NCBI GenBank assembly: GCA_016906335.1
Contig: JADEYG010000007.1
Coordinates: 558,001 to 622,000, forward strand
Length of the DNA: 64,000 nt
Direction: 5' to 3'
Source of the DNA: Novakomyces olei
Lineage: Eukaryota
Of the stretch, positions 1 to 11,975 are shown piece after piece; within the stretch, counting starts at the first letter, position 1; every line of letters starts with the position of its first letter. The notes under the pieces are model-generated. The model saw only the letters and a program-made list of their open reading frames with translations, did not search any database and was not told the origin of the DNA. The position numbers and the translations under genes are program-made.

Positions 1-4
1 CTCT

Positions 5-1529
5 ATGGCAAAGCTGTCGATATCAGATCTAAACGACTACATATCGCCCTCGCAGGCCTGTATCAAACCCGTGCAAGGTCCCGAAATCAGCGATCTTGAG
101 GTCAGTTTACCCCTCTTCAAGTACTATTATTAACAGGCAGGCTACGGATATACGTGTTGACGGGACAGAGTACTTTGAAGTCAAGAAAGACGGCACTGAG
201 CAAAAACTGCCACAGGCGCAGATAACACTGAACGACTGCCTCGCGTGCTCTGGCTGTGTGACCTCGGCGGAGTCAGTCTTGATCCAGCTCCAGTCGCATC
301 AAGAGATTCTTTCAGTATTAAACAGAGACGCTTCCACGCGACCTTTACACTTTATCGTTTCGCTCTCACCACAGAGCCGGGCTTCGTTGGCCGCTAGCGC
401 AAATATATCTCCGTCAGAATGTGAAGCTAAGCTATGGAGCTTTTTCAACTCTCTTGGTTTCGAAGCTTTGGTTGACACTAACTATGCTCGCAATTTAGCA
501 CTCGCTCTAAGTGGACGAGAGTTTGTGCAAACATTCGGTAATTCCGACCTTCCTCGCCCCATACTTGCTTCAGCGTGTCCTGGATGGGTCTGTTATGCGG
601 AAAAAACACACCACGAGGCTCTGCCGCACATTTCAAAGGTCCGTTCTCCGCAGCAGTTGACGGGTCGTATCTTGAAGGATCGACTGAGCCAAACTTATGG
701 CTGCTCACGCCAGGACGTTTACCATGTTGCTATAATGCCGTGCTTTGACAAAAAGTTAGAGGCGAGTCGTGAGGAGTTTGTCGTAGACGGTGCACGTGAC
801 GTTGACTGTGTCATCACTTCTCTCGAAATGGTTGAAATGCTGAAAAGTCAAGGTGGGAATCTGCAATCTATTGAGGCCAAGACTCCCGTTTTGCCACCCT
901 TTCTGACTGATTTTGCGCCTAAAGATGGTGTTTTGCAAGAGCATAAAGGCTCGTCATCCGGAGGGTACGTTGCTCATGTAATGACATATGCAGCAACTCG
1001 GCTTTTTGGTATAAAGGACGTCGATACAGCTACTGGCCAAGGTTTAGCAGTGACTGTGCACCGGAGCCGTGATATGATGGAGTACTGCTTACGCGACTCT
1101 CAAGACAAAGTGCTTTTACGCATGGCTACTTGTTATGGATTTCGTAATATACAAAACCTTGTTCGACGGCTCAAAGGAAGTTCACAAGGTCCACGCCGGG
1201 TAGTGAAGCGATCTCGAGAAAAAGAAGGTCAGACTCGGGATCGGCCTTTTGACTGGGTTGAGGTTATGGCATGTCCTGGAGGCTGTATTAATGGAGGCGG
1301 CCAGTTACGCCCAGAGGCAATTGATTCCCCTAGTGGTCAGCGATTTACGCCCCGTGAATGGGTCAGCCACGTGGAGGAGGTTTATTGGAACGGAGCAGTG
1401 CCCGAGGAAGTAGATGAGCGAGCAGCTCAAAACTTGCTTGACGAATTGGACGAGGAGGCCACGAAATCGCACTATACGGCGGTTAAGCATACTATCGGTA
1501 ACCCCTTAGAGGCAGCCGGAGGTTGGTGA
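5..1529 (+). CDS. NAR1: Cytosolic Fe-S cluster assembly factor Nar1 (iron-only hydrogenase-like)
   Basis: Exon 1 (5-100) reads MAKLSISDLNDYISPSQACIKPV. A GT..AG intron (101-140) joins it in frame to the ORF with ITLNDCLACSGCVTSAE, SACPGW, IMPCFDKKLEASR, EVMACPGGCINGGGQ and a terminal W. Confidence 0.95.
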
Positions 1530-1907
1530 ATGAAGAGCAGGGAGAGTCAATATCTGGAAAATGTTTTATTTCAAAAGTAGCCGATACCCACAAGGAGGAG
1601 TAATTTATGTTGGGGGATCATGGAGGTCGGCATGTACACTCGGAGAGCACATGATTCCGTTTGTTTTATCAGGTAGCTCTATGTAAATAGCATGTACAGC
1701 TTGAATTTATAGACAAAAATATTTTTTATAGGCAATTTTAGCTGATCCAAATTTTATTGTGCTATGTTGGAGCTTTAGTCGAGGTACGGCGTATCATGTG
1801 CTTTGGCAGGCATTGTCTTTGACAGTAGTACTTGGAGAGCAAATAAATAAAAAAGTCAGTATAAGTAACGTAAATTAATTAAAATAAATTGCTACTTACA
1901 CTATTCG

Positions 1908-2100
1908 GATAAGATTGTAAAACTCGACCGATGATGTTTTTTCATTGATTATTTGTTTGTGGGATAAAACGTACACTTCCACCCTTCACAATCGATAAGG
2001 AAAAAAAGGGCAGAGCCAAACACTATATTTAAATCCAGATTTTTGTGATTTAGACACAATTCTTGTTGGCCAATTGCCTTGAATATTTGTCAGCTTTATC
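1908..2100. promoter_or_regulatory. Cluster of GATAA (GATA-factor / nitrogen regulation) motifs upstream of allantoicase
   Basis: GATAAG at 1908 and 1994, GATAAA at 1963 and TTTATC at 2095, all within 250 bp of the ATG. Confidence 0.55.
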
Positions 2101-2147
2101 ACTTGGCCTTTTAATTGATTATTACTTCACCGCGTCTCTGATTAGCT

Positions 2148-3474
2148 ATGGCGCACGCAGTAAACGAGACCGAGTTTGAGCAAACGGTGGGCCAAAACTG
2201 TGTTGATTTAATCAATGATCAAGTGGGCGGCAAAGTAATTGGCTTTTCTGACGAATTTTTCGCCAAAGCAGAGAACCTTATAAACATCCACGAGCCTGTA
2301 TTCCGACCTGGCTACTTTGTCGAGACCGGTAAATGGTATGTGGCCGCCGCTGACCTCGTCTGGTCCGAGCCAAGTTTGATTTATATTTCGTCGATTTTAA
2401 TATTTTTTGAGACTAATTATTTTATTATTTTATTATTTTTATTATTATTTTTTTTTATTTAAATCTATCTTTGGCTGTTGCTATTCTCTGGTTGTTTCTT
2501 ACTACAAAATCGCGCGGTAGAAGATTGATTCTGCATTCCTGCATTATCTCTAGCTTTTCCATCATTTTTTGCTCCAAACCCAAAATCTCATCTTCATTGC
2601 TAACATTCCCAGGTACGACGGATGGGAGACAAGGCGTCATAATACTGGGGCCGACTGGGTTGTTATTCACTTTGGCGTGGCGCGTGGTACAGTAACCGGA
2701 TTCGAAGTGGACACGGCCTTTTTCAGCGGCAATCATGCTCCTGAGGTTTCAGTCGATGCGCTCTATAGCGAGACTCCTTTGGATCTCGAAAATGGACCCA
2801 AATGGACGGCATTGACGGGAAAGTTAGCCTGTGGACCCTCACAAAGGCACTTTTTCGTACTCGACGAGCCAACCAAGCAATCATTCAATTACGTACGTCT
2901 CAACATGTATCCGGACGGAGGAATTGCCCGTTTTCGATTATATGGAAATGCGCAGCCTGATTTCAATGTCGCCAGTGGTGAAATTGATCTGGGTAGTGTT
3001 CATAATGGAGGAATGGTGGTTGCCTGCTCTGACCAGCACTTTGGCAAAAAACACTTTTTGAATTTACCGGGCCGAGGAAAAGACATGAGTGACGGTTGGG
3101 AGACAGCACGGTCACGTACACCAGGTCATTCAGACTGGGCAATACTTCGCCTCGGAGTGCCTGGCACCATTGACAGATTTGTAATTGACACGGCCAATTT
3201 TCTGGGCAATTTCCCTCAGAGTGCTCAGATCGAGGCAACCTCGAGCGATCAAGCTATTCCACCGGCAAATGCAGAATGGCGGTTGTGCCTCTCTGCAAAG
3301 AAATTGGGTCCTGGCAAGATACACGAGTTCAAGGCGGAAAATGTATTTCCTTGCACGCACATCCGTATGACAATATTCCCTGACGGTAAGTTTAATGTAA
3401 ATAATGCACAAGTATGACTAATCGTTACAGGTGGAGTTAAGCGTGTACGCGCGGTTGGGCGACCTTTAGAGTAG
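2148..3474 (+). CDS. DAL2: Allantoicase
   Basis: Three exons (~2148-2335, 2613-3385, 3431-3474). Duplicated allantoicase motifs: SDEFFA, YDGWETRRHN, VRLNMYPDGGIARFRLYG, DGWETARSR, IFPDGGVKRVR. Confidence 0.95.
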
Positions 3475-4032
3475 GCGGAGACTTCACTTTTTAGGACGCT
3501 TTGCGCGTTGAAATCTTGTATAGTTTTAATTAGAAAAGAAAAATAATCGAATTCGAATTCGAACTCGAATTCTGGTTAATGTTTTACAATTTCGTGGCAC
3601 GGCTTCCCCAGCTTCCGCCTGCTTGTTCAGCAGTTTGGAGCTGGCCATCCTTGATGAGTGTTATTGATGATTAATAGACGATATAGTATAATGGAGCATA
3701 TCTGCTCTTTGGGCATTATTAGTTGGACAGTTGACGCAAGTAAAGTCTGACAAAGATTTCAGGATCGAGCAAAAAGCCCGGCAAGTCATAAATAGGCCAA
3801 CCGTTGTACGTATAGCCATAACAATGGAGCTGGAAAATACCTGGCACAAGGTTTGACGGATATATTGAAACGTACACTATGATAAAAGCCTGGTAGTTTA
3901 ATCCCGATCGTCTATCTAATGGCAGACCCAATGCATAAGCTACCTTATGCACAGCTCAAAAGCAAAATTGTGAGGTAAAGCATTGACACAAAACGCCGTA
4001 AAAACGTAAAAAAAGGGTATCTTTGAGCGCAC

Positions 4033-4545
4033 TCAGTATTTGTACCTTCCATGTTAGCCTAACGAAACCGATTGAAAGTAGTACGTACTTTGTAGAATAA
4101 TCTTTTGGACTGACAACGAGACCTCGGCCCTTCCGTGCCCCGCGATAGACAGTCTCAACAATATCAATAAGCTCCTGCTTATCTTCAAGTGGCCAATTTA
4201 TTTTGTTATTATTTCCGGTTCCCAGATCAATCCTGAAACAGTTAGAACCCCGATTCCCAAAATGCAGACTCACATCATATGCTTATTGCGCCAGAAAAAC
4301 ATGATTGTCGTACGGTCATAGAGTTCGTACATCTTGTTAAAGTCTGGAACCTCGTCCAAGTCTACGAGATAGATCACGGCAAAGTTTTTGACCTTATCGG
4401 CAATGCGATACAGTACCTCGTCTTGCTTCATGCATTCTGTGTCATAATCGCGTCCGAATCTGATCACGACGAGCCGCTCGTCCTCCGACAAAATTGCCTG
4501 ATCTACATGCCAGCCAGAATGAAGATGAGGCAAAAAGTACGACAT
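4033..4545 (-). CDS. DIB1: U5 snRNP thioredoxin-like protein Dim1/Dib1
   Basis: MSYFLPHLHSGWHVDQAILSE...VPDFNKMYELYD...IDLGTGNNNKINW...GARKGRGLVVSPKDYST. Two introns; last exon YKY-stop. Confidence 0.97.
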
Positions 4546-5015
4546 GCCGCCGGAATGGCTTTCTAGAAAGATTGTATATTTATTTGATTTAATTAATTCG
4601 CAGTCATTTATGTCACACTTGTTTAACTGGTAAAGTATTATACCACAGTTTTAGTATTATACAGCTTCAGTATTATATTGCAGTTTTTGTACTATATTGC
4701 TATTTTACCAGTAAATTGACCCGCGATTATATCTGTTTAGGCTCGATACTAATACTGCTAAAAGCCATTGTGTAACGGTTTACATTGCTCTCTACTCTAC
4801 AAATGCAGGCATTCCGTCTAAACGGCACGGCAATGCTGCTACACGATCAAGCAAACAGGCAGTCAAGTACTGCGTAAGTCTGCCATTATCTGTCGCCCTT
4901 TACAACAGCGCTCAAGAGCCGGGTTATCACTACGTAGTACACTCAAAAAGTAGAAGCCATTTTCGATTTGTTTAATTGTGGATATGCATTAAAATTGGAA
5001 CAAGAGTCAATGCGT

Positions 5016-5386
5016 CTAGTGACCGGCGCGCCGAGACTTGTCGGGTCAGCAAAAATCCTAATCATACTGCTCTTGGCACGTTTGGGAATATCCCTTACCT
5101 CTGCGATAACATCAGTGATATCTTCAATCTTGGCCTTGGCTCGCTGCAGTGTACCGAGGCGGCGCTTGGCCAGCTTGCGTGCACGCTTATCTTGGGAGTT
5201 GCGCAACAGCTCCATAATTCGCTTCTCGTATGGTGCAAGTCCAGCGACCTCACGGACCATATCGCGTACAAACTTTGTACGCTTTGACGCCTGACCTTTA
5301 CGGCGCGAGATGCGCTCCGGCAGCTCGCGCTGTGTGGTCTTGTGGCCCTTGTTTATACCCGTCGAAAGTCCCGTCTTCTCTGCCAT
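5016..5386 (-). CDS. RPL36: 60S ribosomal protein L36
   Basis: GINKGH...[36 protein letters not shown]. An intron (GTAAGG...GCTGAC..AAG) precedes the terminal SRRAGH-stop. Confidence 0.96.
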
Positions 5387-5988
5387 TGTGTGATTACGCT
5401 GTTGGTGTTTATGGTATCGACTGGATGTTTTGTGTACGGTTTGTGTTACTGCTCTAGGGTTGTACCCTAATATAATTTATTTTACTTATAACTGCACACA
5501 TTATTATTCGTCTACTCGATTTTGGCAGAAATAAAATGAACTTGTTGGCACGTACTATTGCTTGTATACATCACATGAAGATGGGAATATGGGCTAATTG
5601 CGTACGGCATAAGCATTAGAAAAAATATATTTACTAATGTCGGGTTTGGCGTGTTAAAATTCAGGAGAATTCGTCGAACGGTTTTTACGGCAGCGCCGTG
5701 ATGCGCCAAGCAGAAGGAGCAGAACTCGTTCTTCGAGATTAGATTTATACCACAAATAATTAGAAGCAGCATAATTTGTCATAAAAGTATATTATTAAAC
5801 GGCGCCAAGACTTGTAGGCTATCTGTACAAACAAATATTATTGCGCGTTTCACGTCTAGAGATAAATGAATATACTTTCTGTGTCTATAACTATGGCCGT
5901 GAGCCCAGGGTCATACGTAAAAGCACACCTTTTGTGCACAATGCTCTATGAATCATGTCTAATCACGCTAATGCAATCTTTATCCGGC

Positions 5989-7323
5989 TCATTCATCAGA
6001 ATCGTCGTCATCGTCGTCGTCTGGGATATCATCGGCAGCTTCATCCAAATCATCAATAAATCCTTCATCGTCAGCTTCAGCGTCTTGCGCTTCTTTGGAA
6101 AATGTTTGGGCTTGCTCCACCTGCTCTAGTGGCATGTCCTGTTCGTCTACAATTTGCACAATACCGTATGCAAATATATACCATACAAGACCAGACACTG
6201 TTAATAGGCCAAAGCAGACACGCTTTGCCAGTTCTCGTCTTCGCGCACGTGTCTCCTCTGCGTCTTCAACAGAAGCACCAGTAGAATCGTCCCTTCTTTC
6301 TCCTCCTCGAAACAAATTGCGTAAAGACCGGCCAATCATGAATGCCGCACCAGTAACGCCAGGCATAAAGGGTAGCAAATCATTGTTGATGGGCAGGCTT
6401 ATTCCCTCTGGTATAAAAGAATCGCGCACAAGGTTAAGGTACCCCGCAAGTCTCGGTGTGTTTCTCCGTAAAAAAGAGGCCAGGTACGCGTTAGGAAGAT
6501 AGTCCGACGTGGGGTAAAGATGCAGGGCGAGATGGCCAAAGACCAGGCAGTCGAGCGACGTGGGCTGTGAGCCAAGAATAAATCTGTTGTCACCGAGCAG
6601 ATCACGTAAAGCTTCATACAAGGATAAAGCAGCTGCGTGTATTCGGATCGTACGGGCACGTTCACGAGCACTTTCAGTGACGCGCCGGCCAAACATCAAA
6701 TTATAATTTTTTGGAGCAAACATGATATTCCCAAACCGCCGCTGAACCCGAGCTTGGGCCAGCTCGTGTCTTCGTACGGGAAGATAGTATTTCAATGGGA
6801 AAGGTAAGACGCGACCCCAAGTTTTACGCGTAGACTGGACCCAGTTATCATGATCAAGGTAGAGATATAGTAGCTACAGCATGAGAACAAGCTATAAAAC
6901 GAACGATAAAGATATTTGCAGAGGGCCAAATGGGTTCATACCGTGAGATCAAACGCTAAAGAGTTGACGAGTGCTGAGTACGCAAGTACTCGAGCATGTT
7001 GCTGTTCCGTAAGCTCCGCATCCAGATCGCACCCGTACTGAACAAGCAGATTTACACAATTAGCATAGCCGCCTTCCCATATACCCTCGTGGTAAATGGC
7101 CGGCAGTTCACCTGAAACAATTAGAGGCCTCTCGTGATTTTGAATAAGTCTTACCAGTCGGTGAAAACGAAGCATTATTAGAATAGACGAGTTCATACGC
7201 GGGTGCATTCGGCCCGAGCGCCTGCAAGTACGTGATCAAAGCAAGGCAAAACGGGTCAAATGAGGGCAGATTGAATGCACCTGCGTACACATGAACCTGA
7301 AACGCTGCGGTGCCAGCCGCCAT
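5989..7323 (-). CDS. Metaxin / Sam37-like mitochondrial outer-membrane SAM subunit
   Basis: LPSFDPFCLA, SNNASFSPTGELP, GST-C-like FILGSQPTSLDCLVFGHL and a C-terminal TM segment. Three exons joined by GT-AG introns. Confidence 0.85.
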
Positions 7324-7929
7324 AGCACCTGGCCAACAAGTCTGCAAGTCAAATGATTTAATATTGACCAGACATGGATACTGTGACTTAATTGTTGATG
7401 GATGCGAAATGTTGAATGTAACGCAGTTTTGACACAATTTATGATAATAATCACACCAGCTAGATGCTGCTGCTAAATCTTTAAATTAGGGTTAGGTTCG
7501 GGCTTATTGCTTTAATTTCTCTATATTTTATTCTTTTTGAAGAAATTGGATTGGTTGAATCAGGCTATAGTGGGAATTATGGGGATATTTTCATAGCTAC
7601 AGTCATTGGAATAGCTTTGCTCTAGGTATAAACAGTTATTTTGAATTAGCTTTTGCCAAATTACAAAATAATCAAAAAGAAAACATAGTTTTACAAACAT
7701 CTGCTTGACTATTTACCAATACAAGTAAACACATAGGGTATCAAATGCAACGAGTAATTGAAAAACATACCGATAAGAAATAAAGCGCATATAACAATGA
7801 GCGTTGAAGCAAACCAAAGGTAAAAGAGTGGATATGTGGAAACAAGAAACAAAATTAGAAAAGCCAAGCAGCTAAAGTCAAAAAATAAAAATAAAAATAA
7901 ACCAAATCAGATTTTAATAAAATGCCAGT

Positions 7930-10058
7930 TCACCACCCTGCCTGATGGTATCCCGAGTCATCACGGAAAAAAATATTAGTATCAGCTACGATGGGTGTAT
8001 CTGGCTGTAATGCTGGGGCAGCAGTATTTGCACGTCGGGTAGACAATCTATTGCCATTAGGTGTAGCGGTCCCACTCGGCTGCTGTGACGAATTCTGTGA
8101 ACTGCCACCCGAACTATTGGGGAACTGAGAAATGCGCGCAAGATCGCCTCCTGCCGTATGTCGCCTTTTCAATACTGCAGACGGAACAAGTGTCTTTTGC
8201 TGACGTTCCCATAGCAAATTACGTCGGAGTGATTCGCTCAGTTCTGTTGCCAGCATGTTGCGTCGAGTTGTCCGAGGAGAATTATTATTTCCTCGCAACT
8301 CGCTTGATGAGGAGGCATTATTCCCTTGTCGATTTGTAGGGATGGAAAGTGTCACAGAATTCGGTGAACCATACATCTGCCGCTCAGAAGCAGTAGAAGA
8401 TGGTCGCCGAGTAGCTTTAGAGGGCTGTCTTTTTTGATGTGGCCGTTTCATGGAAATTGCATCCCGGCTACTATCACTGCTCTCCTCTTCTTCCGCCGTT
8501 GTTGGTACACTTTCCCGGTGTGTTGTTTTATGGCTGATACCAAAATCTGGATCTGCCCTATTGGGCCGAGACATGCGTTCACGATGATCCCGCTCGCGCT
8601 GTTCTTGCGATGCAACAAAGGCATCTTGCTCCGCTTCCCGGCGCAGTATTAAGTTTGATAGGACACTAGGCGGTCGTCGTAGACTCGCCTGCATGGGGAT
8701 ATGATTATCCCGTAAAAATTGGATCTCTGGCGGCGACGGTGAGGCTGATGCCCAGCTATCATCGTCGTCTGCTACGTCCTCGTAATCAGAGTCGTTTTCG
8801 TTTGAATCGTTCTTGGATTCATTGCTTTTAGTAGAACCGCTAGTGTCGGCAGAGTTCCTTTTTTGCAAAGAAGTTTTGCTTGCTGAGGTCATATGCAACT
8901 TTCTCATAGCACCAGACCCACGGTTACTATTATTATTCTTATTATTATTGCTATTACTTGCTTCACCTGAGCAAGACCCGTTCATCTTTGCTCGCGATTC
9001 GAGTGAGGAGTCTGACTCCTCCTCGTTGGGTGATTTATTTATGAAAAACATCCGCTTAGCCTGCTTTTCGCTTTGCTCTGATTGCATTCCGTCAATTTCT
9101 TCTAATTCATTTCTATTGCTAGAGCCGTCCATATCCTCCACGTCGGGCGATTCTGCCCTCGAGACTCCGTTTGTAGACTCTGCAGAGCTGAAATGAGCAT
9201 TATTGCGTCGCATAGACTCTGATTGCCGGAAAGAAGCGTCTGGATGGAATCCAAAGACAACGCTAGTTGTCCGATGCGGCTGAGGTCTCTGTGGAACTGC
9301 CTGAGCGTCTGACGCCGGCTCTCCCAGTTCCTTATTATTTCTTTTAGACTTTTGGCTAGCGTGTTCTGGCTCCATGCCTAGTCCAAGCCGGTCTGACTCG
9401 GGCAGACTTGTGCTTGTAGACTGTGCTGTTTCTGTACCAGCGTCAGCCGAGGTTGCATTTCTACTTTTATCTGCTGCTGCGGTACTGCAAGACATGTCCT
9501 TTTCACTGCATGACGGAGCAGAATGGTTTGCACGCAGTTGCCGTTGTCGCTGAGCCTTAAGAGTCGCCCAAGTATCCCGCTCCGCTCCTAAAGGTTTCAA
9601 ATCAGCGACCATACGTTGAAACTGGTCAGCTGTGATTGGCGCAGGTCGCTTTGGTAACGTATCCCCAACTGTTTCCGAATGCGCAGAGTCCGTGTCGGAA
9701 GAAGAACACGTGGATGAATAATCGTCATCCTCCGGATCTGAGGCGAAAGCGGTGGACGGACAAATATCGCCGTCTTTCTCCGTGGAGTGACGACGGGAAT
9801 GGGACCACCGAGTTTCGTCAAACAGATGTGCTTCGCGGTACCAGAGCCGCCAAGATAGATTTTCCAGTCGGGTTCCGTTCTCCAGACTGTCCTTGCATTT
9901 CGTGAAGACTATGGCTAATTAGAACACTAGAAAAAGGAACAAGAAGGTCACAGCAACGTACCATTCCACATGCACGATAAGTTGTCTGCGTCGATGTGAT
10001 GCAGTTTGGATATGTTGTCCACAGCTAAGCTGAGGACCGGGTCCGGCAGCGCATACAT
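7930..10058 (-). CDS. DUF1752 + DUF3295 protein (Mks1-like nitrogen/Ras-cAMP signalling regulator family)
   Basis: Exon 1 reads MYALPDPVLSL...MWN. After an intron at ~9911-9961 comes VFTKCKDSLENGTRLENLSWRLW (DUF1752), continuing in frame into ORF 7930-9612, which ends SPRTTRRNMLATELSESLRRNLLWERQQK...YHQAGW. Confidence 0.8.
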
Positions 10059-10923
10059 GGCTATGATGAATCAAACGATCGTGGATATTCCCATGTCATG
10101 GGTTTGTATTTTATATTTATATTAAATATATATATTCATATATTCATATATTATGGGCATTCATTTTGCCTATAACATTTCCTCTACAACACCCATATAT
10201 TGTAAAATTTTACTTTGACAGCTCCCCGTTAATATTTCGGGAGTTTGCACCAACACGTATGGATTTGGAAAGATAGGAAAGTACATTTTGGGAGTACATC
10301 ATCAAAACGGCATTTAGGGCCAAATTCGGGGACTCTGATTTGGTAATAGTTAATAGGGAAATTAGATCAGGGAACAAAAGAAATTAATCATCAAGGCTCT
10401 CTCGTAATCGCCGGCATCAATTATTCCATTCGCCATCCGTCCTGCCTGTGCAGTGATTGATGTTCTAGAGAACCGTACCATGTTCTACACACTAATTTCA
10501 TTGGTGCCCGTGTGCGTGTAGAACGCGCGGGCTGAATAATGTGGTCGGGACTCTTTTCCATAATAATAGAACAAACGTACGCTATAAACACGGTTTTATT
10601 ACTAAGCTAATTTATGGGACAAATCTATGCATACACTATTCATATGCCCAAGTATCGTTCCCAATGCATATGCAACCAACCTGAAATAGCCGAATATGAC
10701 CCGACGGTCGAGACTATTTTTCCGCCGAGCCGTAAACTTCTTGATCAAGTAATGCTATTGACCGGGCGGAAAGCTGCTGCTACATTGCACACTGCGTAAC
10801 ATTACGCTGTGCGTGGCACCCGACGCCGGTCTAGGCCGCTTATTATTCTAAGCGCACAGTATAGACGCTCATATTATGGCTGCACACCGTTAAAAACGCA
10901 ATTACCGCACGCTTCTTCTACCC

Positions 10924-10965
10924 CACACTAAGCGTGCCACACTAAGCGTGCCACACTAAGCGTGC
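10924..10965. repeat. 14-bp tandem repeat CACACTAAGCGTGC x3
   Basis: Three consecutive exact copies are visible in intergenic DNA. Confidence 0.9.
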
Positions 10966-11286
10966 GCCTCGAAACTTTAGTATCCCGCAGATTGGGATAT
11001 ATCGTATCCTCGGTTCTTTTATGCGGGGCAGAGCTGTCTGCTGCGATTCATTGTATGGCGGAGGCGGCAGCTTAATTTGGCCATACCGGATCCGGTATCG
11101 TAGACGCAGACTTATAATATGAATTCTATGATACTTACAGTAGGAATTTAGTATGCAACTATAAAGTCATTAAGCATTGCAGATCTGACGGCGTTATGGT
11201 ATAGAGCTGTCATTTATCTCCATTACGGGGGAAAGGGTGTTTATTCATTCTGACTATAATAAGTCTTGACCTTATAAATAGCATAC

Positions 11287-11975
11287 GGTCCAAAATCAAT
11301 TCAATAGTAAGCAAAGGGTTGTACTAAAACATAGGTCTATCTGCGCTCTGTTTCAGAAGAGGATTAAGTCGTAGATAAATTGAGTACCGCAGATACAAGA
11401 TGTCAATTCATAATTTTGCGCACTTGAAAATGTTGTATAACGGAACGCCGTTAATCAATACTCGCGAGCAAAATTCCAAATCTAGGATTGGGCTGGCTTA
11501 TCTAACCGGCGAACTTGTCTTGCAATATTCGTGACAGCTACTTTGGATCGCGCAGATCAAATGCTTGCTTATCATTGAACCATTACATCAGTCAAGGCCA
11601 CGTTTCAGCGGACAAAGTTAACCTTTTGGAAAAGGACCCTAAACGTAGAATTAAACCTGACTAAAAGCAGTTCGACCCTGATGATTATATTCCGCAAGAC
11701 CGATGCATTACTGAGGTATGTGTCATTGCCAAACACAGTGTTACGTATAAACACTACCTTTCCAGTCAACTATGAGGAACAAGTAGGGTTAGGGTTAATC
11801 GAAACGTCTTTGCCTGCTACACAAAAGAGAGCCTTACAGATTGAGCTGATATTGGGCCACATAGTCGGCTTGCTTTAGGATTGGAGGGAAATATCGTTAG
11901 GACATTATCGTCGTACCTAAATTACGTGCACTTTTAATCAAGCAATACTTTGACGCCTAATACCATTGAATAGCA
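11287..11975 (-). ncRNA. Candidate telomerase RNA (TER)
   Basis: Minus strand has template-like UUAACCCUAACCCUA (11784-11798). An Sm site GAUUUUGG (11290-11297) is followed 3 nt later by 5' splice site GUAUGC (11281-11286). The 5' and 3' ends pair (11961-11971 with 11299-11309), there are many nested helices, a TATATAA at 11987-11993, and no credible ORF. Confidence 0.6.

Noticed and set aside
3651-3750. UUGAUGA ... CUGA, possible C/D snoRNA between DAL2 and DIB1
   Set aside because: No convincing rRNA-complementary guide or terminal stem; the small ORFs here also lack recognisable motifs.
11131-11140. ATACTTACAG resembling the U1 snRNA 5' end
   Set aside because: U1 requires AUACUUACCU, and no U1 stem-loops follow.
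11678-11765. Plus-strand UGAUGA...CUGA followed by a GTATGT...TTCCAG intron-like segment
   Set aside because: The C-to-D distance (~35 nt) is too short and there is no good branch point. The region is better explained by the minus-strand structured RNA.
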